From the NCBI GenBank assembly GCA_000004985.1, contig GG738879.1: a stretch of 64,000 bases of DNA; one strand, written 5' to 3'. Below, one piece after another: positions 1 through 11,310 of the stretch (position 1 is its first letter; every line of letters begins with the position of its first letter). Under the pieces are notes generated by a model. It was not told the DNA's origin and made no database searches. It saw only the letters and a program-made list of their open reading frames with translations. Made by a program: the position numbers and the translations under genes. The DNA comes from Naegleria gruberi. Taxonomy: Eukaryota.

Positions 1-3000
1 AGTAGATCTCCCAATTTAATGAGAAGTAACGATGATAACGTGCGAAGCAATTCTGAGCCATCACCAGTACATGGTGTCGAGTTGCATTTTGATAGATTTG
101 TAGATGGTGCAGTTGTATATGGACCTTGGGGAGACCACCAGAGAGCATTGCTTCAAGCTTTCTTCTTCCCTCCTCTCTATGAGAATGCAAAGTACTATAG
201 AAAAACAGCAGGACGACAAAGAAAATCTGAAAAATTTGATGTTGAGTTCTATTTTAATGAAAAGACAACTTGGGTATTCCCTTTTATTGCAACACCAAAA
301 ACTTTAAGAGAAAAAAAAGAAAATAAGGGCGACGAACAAATTTTGACAATGATTTTTGACAAGAATTCCTTCCTTCACTGGAGTGGTGATATGTATGCTT
401 CTTTAGCAACTAATGAAACAATTACCAATATTGATTTCAATTTCCCAGGAATGAGTCTAATTACAAGCAATACGCAAGCCACCTTTGGTGAATCAGAGAT
501 AGGAAAAGGCCACTTCATTATGAGAAACTCTGCTGAATGGAATGGCAGAAAGGACTGGACTTTCAATTTTGAAGCAAACAAGTCTACAGTTTATTACACG
601 GCAGGTAAGTTATCAATATATTTTCTAATTCTAAAATCATTTATAGAACACATTGGATTCATTATGGATTTAATTAGGGATTGGAGAAATTATCCAAACC
701 AAAAACAAGCAACTTTACTCGATTTTATTCCCTCTGTATATACATATAATTTTAAACTTTATAACTCAATGCTTAAGATGCATACTAACGACTTGAACAT
801 AGTGGAGTTTCCTAATGACAGCTCCAAGAATCACTTTTTCTGTATTGATTACCCTCTAATGAGTATCAGTTTTACTGCTCCTGGAGAAGTTTTTTCCCCA
901 CCTTCTGTAGAATATTCATTCAGTGTAGAGGTTAAGGGTGATGCACAAGTTGACCCTGGAGTACATATGGAATACCCAAAAGATCATCCTGTTCACGAAA
1001 TGCAAATGGAACCAGGAAAAAAGTTTTTATGGGGCGAAAGAGCTCATGTACATGGAACCTATACAGTCCATGACAAAATCAATGTCGAAAATGTGGATTC
1101 CTGCATAATTAATGTTGATTTATTCAATGTAAATTTAATGGTGAACGGATATCACCTCAATTATTTAATTACTATGTGGTTTGACCATTTCACTGCTGAA
1201 AGATTTTGGATGTCAGAATCTGAATACATTGCAAATGGATATAAGAATGACAAGTCAAAGCAAATATCCAATTTACAATCCACTGATTTGTCGTCCATTC
1301 CTTATCCATCTAACCCAACCGAATACTTTGTTACCATTAATATCAAACGAGGTATAGTACATTTGCCTCACTCTCTTTATTCGAGAGAAGAATGTACACA
1401 ACTTATGGGTGAAGAATTTACTATGGATATTAGATACGTACCTTCCAGTATTGATTTGTGTTTCAATCTTGGTCAACTTATGGCTGAAATACCAATTAAC
1501 CCAGATGAAAAAGTAAGGCCTTCAAAGAAGTTTATTGGTTGTGAAGGAATCAAATTTTTAGCACAATTACCAATTGGACCAAATCCTGATGGGTTACTTT
1601 GGAGAAGAAAAATTCACTTTGATATTGGAGCAATAACTGGTGAAATCACTCCAAGTCAAATTGGTAATATTGTAAATATTGGTCTCAATTTTGTCTATCA
1701 GTGGAAATTGGCCTACTTCCCTAAACCTGACATTACTTTTAAAAAAAGTGATTATTCCAGAAGACAATATTCTTCTGAAGAGTTTGATGAATACTTGATT
1801 TGGGATGTTAGAGTAACCTTTGTTTCTATTTCTGCTGTCATTTCAATGACCAACGGTATGGTCAATATCGATTTAGACAAGGGAATTGATATTAATTTTG
1901 ATTCACTCAATAATGGATCATCCAATTCTAGGCTCAATGTATTGGTACCCTCCATACATGCCAGAATAATGAATGCAAGAGAAACAGGAATGAAAGTAGA
2001 TGGTGATTGGGTTCAAATTGGAGAACTATTGTCTGGTCTTAAAGTTGGTATGGAAAAGAAAACTCACGACCTTAAAGAGCACTATTTCAGACAACAAAGG
2101 TTCATTCAAAATATGAACGGAGATTCGTTTGGATTGAATTTTAGTGCTGATAAACAAATGGAAACATCTCTTAACAAACGAGAGATGGAGACAAGTGCTT
2201 CAACAAGCAAGAAAAGGTCCAAAAAAAAGAATCCTTCAAAGAGATCTGTTGCTAAGACTACAACTGAAATTAGTGAAACAGATATTAGCGAAACAGACAC
2301 AGATGCTGAATTTTTCGATATAGATGATGACGAATTGGAGCTGGAAGAGGAAGAAGAGAAGGTTCAAAAGGTCAGAAAAGTGTTTAATGGTCTAACTTTT
2401 CATGATACCGAACTGGGTAAAACAATTAGTGTAGACTATATTGATAGTATAATTTCAGAAGATGGAAGCCAATTTATAGAAAAGGATGTATTGGACGATA
2501 GAGCACAATGGAATCTTATTTCGAAATCATCACCAAGTTTATCTACATATTCCAGTTATTTGAAAAATTATTACTATGAACAAGAAAGAGAAAGTCTTAT
2601 GCCTTTAACATATAATGCTAAGCAATTTCTTACAGATAGATATCCTCACCATAGAATGGGAATGTACTCTCCTTTCCCTGAATATCACTTAAGAAGAAAT
2701 AAGAATACTGAAGATTCAAATGAGTTACTACCAATAGTATCAAAATTCAGCAAACTTGACATGAAAGATTTTAGAGGACAATTCTATTCATTTTCTTCTG
2801 GAAAGGACCGTGAGAATATTGAGAGAATTTTGCAAATCGAAAGTAACTTTACCTCCCAAGAAAAAATTGATCAACAACATATCAACATTGAATTTTTAAA
2901 GAATATTGATATTAGCTTTTCACCAAATGTAATCTCTCTAGTACACCAATTAATCAAATATATAATACTTCCAGATTCAAACCTTCATGCTACAGCTGAT

Positions 3001-6000
3001 CATATCGAAAAGTCAAAGAAAGTATTCCATCAGGATGTCCCAGAGGAATTATTAGAAGAGAAGAAAACTATTCCAAAATGGGATTTAAAGAAAATTATCT
3101 TTTCTGGTGGTGTTAAATGTGTTAATGTTAACGTTTTACAATCACTCTCTGTACCTAATATTATACCTGAGTCACCTTTACAAGGAACAGTTTCTGCATA
3201 TTCTATCAAACTTTTTGCTACTGATTTTGTAGCTTCTGGATCTGTAACTTTGAGAAAAGTGGAAGAGGAAAAGAAAGTAAGCTCTGAACTATTTTCTATT
3301 GAAGGTTTTGGAAAATGTCTAGAGGTTGGAGGTATTTCTCAGTGCTTAGATAGTAAAACATACCATTACAAAGGTATTGATCCTTCTGAGTTACCACTTT
3401 ACTTCTTACAAAGGGTAAATCTAATACCAGACGCACCAATAGTTGCAGCAATTCTTGTAGAGGACGTTCATTTCCAAGGTAAAAATAATATCAAGGAGGA
3501 AAACTCTCAGGGAAGATTTACCTGTACAGTAGGAAAGCAAGGTTCTCTAGGATCAGGTGTTTCTGTACTCTTTACTCATGATATAATTGTAATTTCATAT
3601 TCACTTGTAGAAGTGTGGAGAAAAGTTATCACAGATATGGTATTGAATGTTAGAAACTATTTGAGGTTACGACACGTCTATGATTTGCTACTACTTAGTC
3701 AAGTTTCAAAGAAAGCTGTATCCAATACATCAGAAAACCTCTATGGAGTCTTGGAAAAAAAGCAAGCTTTGAAACATTTAAGAGCTTCTCTCTACTCTTT
3801 AACTTTTGCTGACTGTAGAAGTATTCAAAAGTTTATGCATTCTCATATAGGAATGGAAGTTGATTCAAAGGTAGAAATGAGAGCAATAAGAAATGAATAC
3901 TCTGAATTGATAGAAGACGAAGACCATGCCCCTCAAATTCATACAAGCAAAACCTCTGTGAGATTGAGAACTGATATCTCTTTCCACTTGGAACGACTTG
4001 ACCTTTCAGTTCATTCTGTTGATTTTAAAACAAAAGTTTACACAAAGAGTATTGCAAAGTTTAATGATATTTTAATGAGAGGAAAAGTAGAACATAGTTT
4101 GAATCCACTTTTCGAAACTGAGTACAAGAAATTTGAATCAGAAAATGCACAAAAGATAAGAGATATTTCTCTTATTTTATCAGTGAATTGTAGAGCCTTT
4201 AGTATTGATATTCACTCTCAAACTCTCATCCTTTTAACTTCAGCGCTTGGAGTATTCTTAATTGTTAAAAACAAACCTTTCATTAAAAAGTTGAGAGAAA
4301 AAGAAAAAAAGAACAAAAACAAAAATCCTCAACAAAACCACGGAGAAATTAAGGAGATAACACACGATGTTTCTGCATCAACCCATGAACCAGAGGGTGA
4401 AAAAGAAATACCAGTGTACCAAGAAAAAGTAGTCCTAAAACTGAATGTATTTACAAATGTTAATGTACAAAAAGCAACCGCTAGAGCATGGATGGACAAG
4501 AATAGTTTTGCAGAACTCAGTATTGATAAGTTTTCTCTACTCTTCAATCAACCTAAAAGCTCAGAAGAGCACATGCTAGCCATCAATAATGAGGAAAACA
4601 AGTCAGAGAAGAAGAGTAATCTTAAAATGGTACATAGTAGTAATATTTCCATTAACAAAATTCTATTCCAGTTCAATTATACAACTCCTGAAAAAACAAA
4701 CGAGAGAACAAAAGAGTTTATTTCTCTCTTTGATGTTACTGTGAATGATATTAGACTTAATGAATTTTTATTCAAAGAAAAGGACTTGAATGTGCATGCC
4801 TATTTTGCATTTGATAAGCTTTTAATTAATCTTCCATTTGCTGATGTTTGGTCTGCATCTTCAGTACAATTTAGGCTGTTTGTGAAAACATGGTATGAAG
4901 CTATCAAAAGAAAGCCTAATTTACCAAGCTTTGACATTTCAAAAGATTCTTCTCAACCAAAACAAGACCAAGAGCAACCCAAATCACCTATTAATTTCAA
5001 TATTCCTGCAATTAATATTGTTCTTGATTTGAATGATATTTCTGCATACTTCAAGTTGGTAGATTCTTTCCAAATGAGATATAGTCTCACGAAACTAACA
5101 GCTCACTTCAAGCAAAATTCAAAACTTGACAATAACTTTATGGTACACTTGTTCCCGCATTCGTTTACTTTGAAATCAAAGAATGATGAAGAATTTCCAA
5201 ACTCCAACAAGTGGGAAGGTCCAAGAAGCACAACACTTGGTTCGAATGAATTCAGAAAGATTTTCATTCTTCCTGAAGTTATTGTTTCTGGAAGTTTAGA
5301 AAATAAGGACAATAATGGTACTACACAGAGAATACTTTCCACTTTAATAGCTATTGATTACTTTGAAAATGTGGTTACAAGTGATTTGTTAAATCATGTT
5401 ATTGTCATTCAATCCGCTGTTACAAAAGAGATTAACAAGATCATTGAAAGCTTGAATAAGGGTGTTGAAGATTTAGAAAAAATCAAAAACGAATTACCAA
5501 AAGCTAAAAAGAATGTCAGATCTCTCAATCTTTTCTTTGATGTAAAGCTTTTGTTTGAAGGAATTAGAATCACAGCTCTTGGACCATCTACAGCTCTGGT
5601 TGTTGACTCTGGATCAGTTAATGTTACAGCTTCCAACATTGAACATGTACGAGTCAAGATGTCACTCAAAGGTCTAAATATTAATATGGTAGACACCCAC
5701 AACATCAAATGGGCAAGTACAAGAAAGTACAACAATAGATATTCTGAAACAAGTGAGTGTTACCAGTGGGCCCAATTCCAATCAAACCTTCAAGTTCAAA
5801 ACTTCCTGGATACTAAATTATCTACAACAGACAAACAATCCACCAAGAATTTCACTCTCGATATTTCAAATACCCATCTATACCTTAGACCTGGATGTAT
5901 AGAGCAAGCACTATTTTTATTTAAAGATTACAAGCAATCAGTCCAAACTGTGTTTGAAAAGTTAAAAGAGGCTAGACAAAAGAATAGATCTGAAGCTTTA

Positions 6001-9000
6001 ACTTCCCTCATCAAGACTGGAGAAGAATATTATTCATTATATTCTCATCAAATCAAAGAAAAAGTTGCTTCAGATGCTAGTACATTTATTAATTCAGGAG
6101 TGGTAAGAATTATGAATACCACCCTATCTATGCCATTCGGAGATAATCCATACTTTGGATTCCTCACAAATGAGGGTCCTAATTTCAAACCTACATGCTG
6201 TTTACAAGTAATTATTCCAGCAGTTGGTCTCTCAACAATGTCAGAATCAGAAGATGATGTTAGTGCTACACTAGATACATTGATTTCAACAGGAAAAGAC
6301 AGTGTTTCCAGTCAAAGAGTTGCCACTTGTAAGGTGAAGTCTATCAATATTTATCTCGATGAAAAACCCCTAAAGAAATCTAAATATTCCTTTAGTATGC
6401 CAACACTTCATGACTTTGATCAAGCAAAAACAAAAGGAAAGATTGAGAAAATAATGATGAGCTTGAAGCTAAGAGTCACAACCAACGAAATCAATGGTTC
6501 TGGTGTTATTCATGTACCTGGTCCTGATTTGAATATTTCACCAGTTATAGTTAGAAGAGCTCTTGAACTTGGATATGATTGGTTTAATCCAAAACGAAAA
6601 ATTTTCAATTCATATGTTGAATCTCCTAAGACCCAACCACAAAAACAAGACCAAGGTGTAATTACGCCAACGAAAGTAAGAGAACTCACAAAAAGAAAAA
6701 TTTATTTCCTCATTACTGCCAACATTCAACCTGGTGTATTTAATTTAGTTCACAATATGACACCAAATACACTCGTTAGACGTAAAATTACAGACGAAAC
6801 AGCTGTTGCAGTAGAAGGAAAATTGCCATCAGTTACAGTTACAGCCTTACACAAAAATCCAGGTACGAACACAAACCGATCTACAACACATATTCAAACA
6901 GGCATTCATTGGGATGGTGTTAAACTTCTTCCAAAATCATTATTCTTTGTATTGGAGGCAGTTCATGAGTTTAAACTTTGGTCAAAGGAAGAGCAAAAAA
7001 GAAGACAAAATTCTGCAACCTACAAGTCAAAAGATCAAAATACTACCGAAATTGAGGATACCAAGGAGGTATTCAAACCTGTTGCATGGATGAGAATGCT
7101 TAAATCCGTTCTCCTTGTACAAAGAATTTACAGAGGGTTTAGAGCAAGACAACTCGTTAAAAAACTCAGATCCGACAAGAACTTGAGAAGTACTTATCTT
7201 AAAAAAACAACAAAGAAGGAAATCAAAAAGAAAGAAAATGCTTCTCTCCAATCTGATTCCTTCAGTTTGCAATGTAGAATCAATCCTTTTAGAGTTGAAC
7301 TTTCTTGCTTCCCTCTTGCAGAAACGGTTACTTGCTTTGAATTCACATCTCCATTCGATATTATTTTGAGTAGAACATTGAGAACTGTACAAACGGGTAA
7401 TACCAAGGGTACTGCCATTTACCTTAACGTTTGCCTTTCTTGCCCTATTGCCTTGATAAGATGCTACCATCCTCTATCTCCTACACCATTTGTTATTTTG
7501 ACAGTAGCAGGAATTATTGGAAACTTGGGCAGTGGATTTGGAAATTATCTTAGATCTGATGACACTCCGGTATATTCAGGAACTCTTCACGTAAAAAAGG
7601 TTTCAGTAGAGGTTAGTCTACCACAAATGAACCACTTCTTTATTATGTACACAATTTGGATGGATAAATATGAAGAAGCCAGGAAGTCTCTCAAGATTGT
7701 AAGAGGAGATATCAAAACAACACCTAAAACTCAATTAGTTGTTCTGACGAACGAAGAGAAAGAAGAGAAAGATCAAAAGAGAAAGAAAATTATTATGGAA
7801 GAAATATCCCTTGAATCTACCTCATCTAAATTTGGTCAATTATTAATCTCCTCATTCGAAATTGTTAGTGATATGGGTCCAACTCTTGGTAAGCAGAAAT
7901 TGTATGCTGAAGAAATTTCCTTGTTCTGCAAAGATAAGGGACGTATAGTTAATGAAATTGAAAGAGAACCATTACATATTGGTGGATACTTAGGAAAATT
8001 TGAGGGAACATTTGTTGGAAGACTTCAAGGTAATATATCGATGAATGGTATTGTAGTTGGGCTAAATAGAACATTCAAGAAAGGAGGTTCATCTCCTACG
8101 TATAAGGGATCTAGTGAAGTGTTTATTACAGCTTTACCAACTCTAATAGATTTGGAGCTCAACTCTGCCAAGATACTCAACATCTCACTCAACACATTAT
8201 CCATTACATTCTGCGATATATTTGACTCTACAGATGGTAGACAATACCATGTGGAAACATCTGTAAACTCATCTGGAGCAACAGTTCGTCTTTCTAAAAT
8301 ATCTGCATCTGCTTTCATATACGTATTCTATAAGATCAAAGAGTTAGCCACTGAAAGAAAGAAAGCTGCATTAGATACTCTCCAAGGATCTGTTAATTTT
8401 TATAATACAGAGGATGCCTCTGAAAAAGAAACAGAAGAAGAAAAATCATTCGAAATCAAATCTCTAAAAATTCAATCTCCAACGAAACAATTTTTATCAC
8501 TCATTCCAATTGGTGATATAGTTTTTAAGGGTGTAAATCTCAAAGTTTACCTTTATGAAAAGTTTACAGTTGAAAAAGATCAATTCGTTCCAGCAGGAGA
8601 TTGGTTAGAGTTTGGAATGGATGACTACCAACTAAAGTTCAAACGTAAAGGACTTATGGAGGATAAATCTGTAGAAAGGTCACTGACATTGTTTTTAGCC
8701 AAAGTAGCTCTGGATAGAATGACTACTCCAAACAAGCGATCATTTATTTTGGAGGTCCCTGGAGCTCACTTAACAATGAACTCATTACAAACAAGATCTA
8801 TTCCAGATGTAATTAATTATACATTCAAAACCAAGTTCCCTAAGGCCATTACAGTCACCACCAATTTGAATGAATATACATTCTTACAAGGTTTGATGAA
8901 GCTCTACAAATCAGAAGTTACAAACGAATTGGAGGAACATAAGAAATCTGTACAACAACAATCATCATCTGTAATTTCCCTCACTTCTCAAAAACAAACA

Positions 9001-9264
9001 ACAACAGATACTCAAATATCCATATTTGGAATTCCAAAGAGAAAATTCGAAGGTACAATTCAACTAAATCCTAAGCTAAATGTTTTAGGAGATTTAACTC
9101 CTCAAGTTCAAACAGTTTTGTCATGGCTTGGAATTTCTGAAAGTATTATACCAAGAGCAGCTCATGAAGGAGTATCTGACTCTCTTGAGTCAATATTTAT
9201 CATTTGTTATAGAGCTTCTGAATTGATGGATAATTTATTTGTTGAATCAACTTATGAAAAATAA
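1..9264 (+). CDS. Giant protein, 5'-partial (more than 3081 aa; reading frame open to window start). Beta-rich repetitive sequence suggests a bridge-like lipid-transfer (VPS13/BLTP-like) family member; has an IQ-like motif (VQRIYRGFRAR, about aa 2375). Family assignment is tentative.
   Basis: Single 9.2-kb ORF in frame 1 with no upstream stop before the window edge. Coding-like composition throughout. Possible 42-nt in-frame intron at 606-647 (GTAAGT...TTTATAG). Internal antisense ORFs are short and low-complexity. Family guess rests on size and amphipathic beta-strand character only. Confidence 0.8.
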   Translation, partial: SRSPNLMRSNDDNVRSNSEPSPVHGVELHFDRFVDGAVVYGPWGDHQRALLQAFFFPPLYENAKYYRKTAGRQRKSEKFDVEFYFNEKTTWVFPFIATPKTLREKKENKGDEQILTMIFDKNSFLHWSGDMYASLATNETITNIDFNFPGMSLITSNTQATFGESEIGKGHFIMRNSAEWNGRKDWTFNFEANKSTVYYTAGKLSIYFLILKSFIEHIGFIMDLIRDWRNYPNQKQATLLDFIPSVYTYNFKLYNSMLKMHTNDLNIVEFPNDSSKNHFFCIDYPLMSISFTAPGEVFSPPSVEYSFSVEVKGDAQVDPGVHMEYPKDHPVHEMQMEPGKKFLWGERAHVHGTYTVHDKINVENVDSCIINVDLFNVNLMVNGYHLNYLITMWFDHFTAERFWMSESEYIANGYKNDKSKQISNLQSTDLSSIPYPSNPTEYFVTINIKRGIVHLPHSLYSREECTQLMGEEFTMDIRYVPSSIDLCFNLGQLMAEIPINPDEKVRPSKKFIGCEGIKFLAQLPIGPNPDGLLWRRKIHFDIGAITGEITPSQIGNIVNIGLNFVYQWKLAYFPKPDITFKKSDYSRRQYSSEEFDEYLIWDVRVTFVSISAVISMTNGMVNIDLDKGIDINFDSLNNGSSNSRLNVLVPSIHARIMNARETGMKVDGDWVQIGELLSGLKVGMEKKTHDLKEHYFRQQRFIQNMNGDSFGLNFSADKQMETSLNKREMETSASTSKKRSKKKNPSKRSVAKTTTEISETDISETDTDAEFFDIDDDELELEEEEEKVQKVRKVFNGLTFHDTELGKTISVDYIDSIISEDGSQFIEKDVLDDRAQWNLISKSSPSLSTYSSYLKNYYYEQERESLMPLTYNAKQFLTDRYPHHRMGMYSPFPEYHLRRNKNTEDSNELLPIVSKFSKLDMKDFRGQFYSFSSGKDRENIERILQIESNFTSQEKIDQQHINIEFLKNIDISFSPNVISLVHQLIKYIILPDSNLHATADHIEKSKKVFHQDVPEELLEEKKTIPKWDLKKIIFSGGVKCVNVNVLQSLSVPNIIPESPLQGTVSAYSIKLFATDFVASGSVTLRKVEEEKKVSSELFSIEGFGKCLEVGGISQCLDSKTYHYKGIDPSELPLYFLQRVNLIPDAPIVAAILVEDVHFQGKNNIKEENSQGRFTCTVGKQGSLGSGVSVLFTHDIIVISYSLVEVWRKVITDMVLNVRNYLRLRHVYDLLLLSQVSKKAVSNTSENLYGVLEKKQALKHLRASLYSLTFADCRSIQKFMHSHIGMEVDSKVEMRAIRNEYSELIEDEDHAPQIHTSKTSVRLRTDISFHLERLDLSVHSVDFKTKVYTKSIAKFNDILMRGKVEHSLNPLFETEYKKFESENAQKIRDISLILSVNCRAFSIDIHSQTLILLTSALGVFLIVKNKPFIKKLREKEKKNKNKNPQQNHGEIKEITHDVSASTHEPEGEKEIPVYQEKVVLKLNVFTNVNVQKATARAWMDKNSFAELSIDKFSLLFNQPKSSEEHMLAINNEENKSEKKSNLKMVHSSNISINKILFQFNYTTPEKTNERTKEFISLFDVTVNDIRLNEFLFKEKDLNVHAYFAFDKLLINLPFADVWSASSVQFRLFVKTWYEAIKRKPNLPSFDISKDSSQPKQDQEQPKSPINFNIPAINIVLDLNDISAYFKLVDSFQMRYSLTKLTAHFKQNSKLDNNFMVHLFPHSFTLKSKNDEEFPNSNKWEGPRSTTLGSNEFRKIFILPEVIVSGSLENKDNNGTTQRILSTLIAIDYFENVVTSDLLNHVIVIQSAVTKEINKIIESLNKGVEDLEKIKNELPKAKKNVRSLNLFFDVKLLFEGIRITALGPSTALVVDSGSVNVTASNIEHVRVKMSLKGLNINMVDTHNIKWASTRKYNNRYSETSECYQWAQFQSNLQVQNFLDTKLSTTDKQSTKNFTLDISNTHLYLRPGCIEQALFLFKDYKQSVQTVFEKLKEARQKNRSEALTSLIKTGEEYYSLYSHQIKEKVASDASTFINSGVVRIMNTTLSMPFGDNPYFGFLTNEGPNFKPTCCLQVIIPAVGLSTMSESEDDVSATLDTLISTGKDSVSSQRVATCKVKSINIYLDEKPLKKSKYSFSMPTLHDFDQAKTKGKIEKIMMSLKLRVTTNEINGSGVIHVPGPDLNISPVIVRRALELGYDWFNPKRKIFNSYVESPKTQPQKQDQGVITPTKVRELTKRKIYFLITANIQPGVFNLVHNMTPNTLVRRKITDETAVAVEGKLPSVTVTALHKNPGTNTNRSTTHIQTGIHWDGVKLLPKSLFFVLEAVHEFKLWSKEEQKRRQNSATYKSKDQNTTEIEDTKEVFKPVAWMRMLKSVLLVQRIYRGFRARQLVKKLRSDKNLRSTYLKKTTKKEIKKKENASLQSDSFSLQCRINPFRVELSCFPLAETVTCFEFTSPFDIILSRTLRTVQTGNTKGTAIYLNVCLSCPIALIRCYHPLSPTPFVILTVAGIIGNLGSGFGNYLRSDDTPVYSGTLHVKKVSVEVSLPQMNHFFIMYTIWMDKYEEARKSLKIVRGDIKTTPKTQLVVLTNEEKEEKDQKRKKIIMEEISLESTSSKFGQLLISSFEIVSDMGPTLGKQKLYAEEISLFCKDKGRIVNEIEREPLHIGGYLGKFEGTFVGRLQGNISMNGIVVGLNRTFKKGGSSPTYKGSSEVFITALPTLIDLELNSAKILNISLNTLSITFCDIFDSTDGRQYHVETSVNSSGATVRLSKISASAFIYVFYKIKELATERKKAALDTLQGSVNFYNTEDASEKETEEEKSFEIKSLKIQSPTKQFLSLIPIGDIVFKGVNLKVYLYEKFTVEKDQFVPAGDWLEFGMDDYQLKFKRKGLMEDKSVERSLTLFLAKVALDRMTTPNKRSFILEVPGAHLTMNSLQTRSIPDVINYTFKTKFPKAITVTTNLNEYTFLQGLMKLYKSEVTNELEEHKKSVQQQSSSVISLTSQKQTTTDTQISIFGIPKRKFEGTIQLNPKLNVLGDLTPQVQTVLSWLGISESIIPRAAHEGVSDSLESIFIICYRASELMDNLFVESTYEK

Positions 9265-9288
9265 ATAATTTAATTACTCGATATGCAT

Positions 9289-11310
9289 TTAGTCTGAAAT
9301 TCCTTCATTCCTCTGCCGCACTATTTCTTTAGCTTTCTTCACTCTCTTGCTAAGCTTTGCTTTCATCTTTGAAAGAAGCATAAATCTGTCTACAACTTTC
9401 ATTTCACGACCAACAGTAATAGCGCCAGCAATTTCTTGGTCTGTTGAAATTTCAATCTTATCAACTTGAGTAACAAATGGCCATTTACCATTCATTGTTA
9501 TCCAAGCATGTTCCTTAATCTCCTTAATTGTAATTCTTCTATGTGGATCCTTGCAGAATAACCTAGTTAATAAATCTTGCAGATCTGGCTCTATATTTTC
9601 AGGTATTTCTGGCTCGTCATTAAGAATAGCATTATACATTCCAAGAATACCTGGTCCAAAAAATGGCAGTCTACCATACAGCATAACAAATAATGTAACA
9701 CCTGCTGCCCAAATATCAGATGCATAGCCACTGTACGATCCAACATGACAAGCTTCTGGCGAAAGGAAAGCCGGAGTACCGGGTGCTGTGTTAAAAGTAT
9801 CATTGTCTCCTTCTAACATTGAACTAACACCAAAATCTGTAATCTTTAATCTGTCATCCTTTGTTACTAACACATTTTCAGGCTTAATATCTCTATGTAC
9901 AATTTTGTTTTCGTGCAAATATTCTAATCCGCAAATAAGGTCTCGGTAATATCTTCTACACGTTTCTTCTGTAAAAGCTGGTCTATCGGTTTTATCTTTA
10001 GATATAATTTTCATTAAACATCCACTTTCAATATATTCAAAAACAAGGAACAGCTTATCAATCTTTGGATCGTCTATCACTTCATAAAGTTCCACGACAT
10101 TTGGATGATGAAGTTTCTTAAGAATTGAAACTTCTTTCATCAATATCATTAAACTTGAATTATCCTTATCCTTAACTGGCCTTCCTAGCTTGTCCTTCTT
10201 TTTCAAATCTTTCAAAATGGACTTGTTAATAATTTTCAAAGCACATAATTCACCAGTATCACTCTTCTTACAAAGCTTAACTTTTCCATGCATACCTCTA
10301 CCAATCTTTTTAATAACGACATACTCATTGACAGTTTTCTTACCATCTTGATCTACACCTGTAGATAAAGTGGTTGTCATGTGAACTTGTCTCTTTGTTC
10401 TTGGTGAAGACCCTTCGGTTTCAGATCCACCAGTTGAAAGTGCACCTGAACTACTGTAACCTTCTTCATCAGAATAAGGTGAGAGCCCATTTGGAATATT
10501 CAACTTTGGCTCTTGTAGTATAGTAGATGAAGCAGGATTTTCCTTTTCTTCCTTTCCAGTATCTTCTTGTTCTGGTTTATCATCTTCAATTTCAAACTTT
10601 TTCAAGCTCCTAGATTTTGGACTAGCAATATTTACAATTGATTTTCTATCATCTGCATCCTGACCATTATCAGAATCGATGAATTTATCTTTAGATATAC
10701 TTCTATTCACTGAAGAAGCATTAGATCGTTTCCTTCTTAATTTCTTGCCTGAATTCTTCATCGATCTTGTTGAGGTTCTTACAGGTTGTTCAATTTCCTC
10801 CGAAGAAGATGAAGAATGAGAAGCTATTGGATTACCAATAGCAAAATCATCCTTAGTGAATGTGAATGAGCTCGCCTGTTGTATTGTTTTATGAGACCAG
10901 AAACGTCTTAATTCCTGTGGCGATTCCGTTTGAACACCTTTATCTTGTGGAGGTCCTTTTGATATTAATTGTTGTAATAATTGCAATTGCTCAGAATTTA
11001 TCATTACTAAAATATTTTCCAATCCAACAACCTCCTGATTTTGTTGAAGGTTAATATATTGTGAGCTTGAATTTGGTAAGTTACTATTTGTTGTGGGAAG
11101 TAAAAAAGAAGATGAAGAGGATTCATGTTGAGTTGATGCACTAATCCCCTTAGTCGGGTGATAACGATGAGAACCTCTCTCTGATGAATCATTATTTAGA
11201 AAAGGTTGGTTAAGTTGAACGTAATCGTTGTCATCTTTAGCCTCCCCAGGAATAACACGATTAGAATGATGTGGAACACAGCAAGCTTGTCCCATGATAC
11301 TTTGTTCCAC
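9289..11310 (-). CDS. Ser/Thr protein kinase, CaMKK-like (calcium/calmodulin-dependent protein kinase kinase family). Long Ser-rich N-terminal region.
   Basis: 673-aa ORF. Kinase motifs VAIK-like (CALKII), HRDIKPENVLV and DFGVS. RP-containing insert after beta3 (KLGRPVKDKD). Activation segment GTPAFLSPE as in CaMKK (GTPAFMAPE). A second in-frame ATG 15 nt downstream gives MGQACC, an N-myristoylation/palmitoylation-type N-terminus. Confidence 0.85.
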   Translation of the reverse strand: MEQSIMGQACCVPHHSNRVIPGEAKDDNDYVQLNQPFLNNDSSERGSHRYHPTKGISASTQHESSSSSFLLPTTNSNLPNSSSQYINLQQNQEVVGLENILVMINSEQLQLLQQLISKGPPQDKGVQTESPQELRRFWSHKTIQQASSFTFTKDDFAIGNPIASHSSSSSEEIEQPVRTSTRSMKNSGKKLRRKRSNASSVNRSISKDKFIDSDNGQDADDRKSIVNIASPKSRSLKKFEIEDDKPEQEDTGKEEKENPASSTILQEPKLNIPNGLSPYSDEEGYSSSGALSTGGSETEGSSPRTKRQVHMTTTLSTGVDQDGKKTVNEYVVIKKIGRGMHGKVKLCKKSDTGELCALKIINKSILKDLKKKDKLGRPVKDKDNSSLMILMKEVSILKKLHHPNVVELYEVIDDPKIDKLFLVFEYIESGCLMKIISKDKTDRPAFTEETCRRYYRDLICGLEYLHENKIVHRDIKPENVLVTKDDRLKITDFGVSSMLEGDNDTFNTAPGTPAFLSPEACHVGSYSGYASDIWAAGVTLFVMLYGRLPFFGPGILGMYNAILNDEPEIPENIEPDLQDLLTRLFCKDPHRRITIKEIKEHAWITMNGKWPFVTQVDKIEISTDQEIAGAITVGREMKVVDRFMLLSKMKAKLSKRVKKAKEIVRQRNEGISD

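Noticed and set aside
104-8318. Several 60-150-aa ORFs on both strands inside the giant 19-9264 reading frame (e.g. 7027-7470 minus, 5409-5735 minus)
   Set aside because: All are nested antisense or out-of-frame with a 9-kb coding frame. They have low-complexity hydrophobic translations and are expected by chance.
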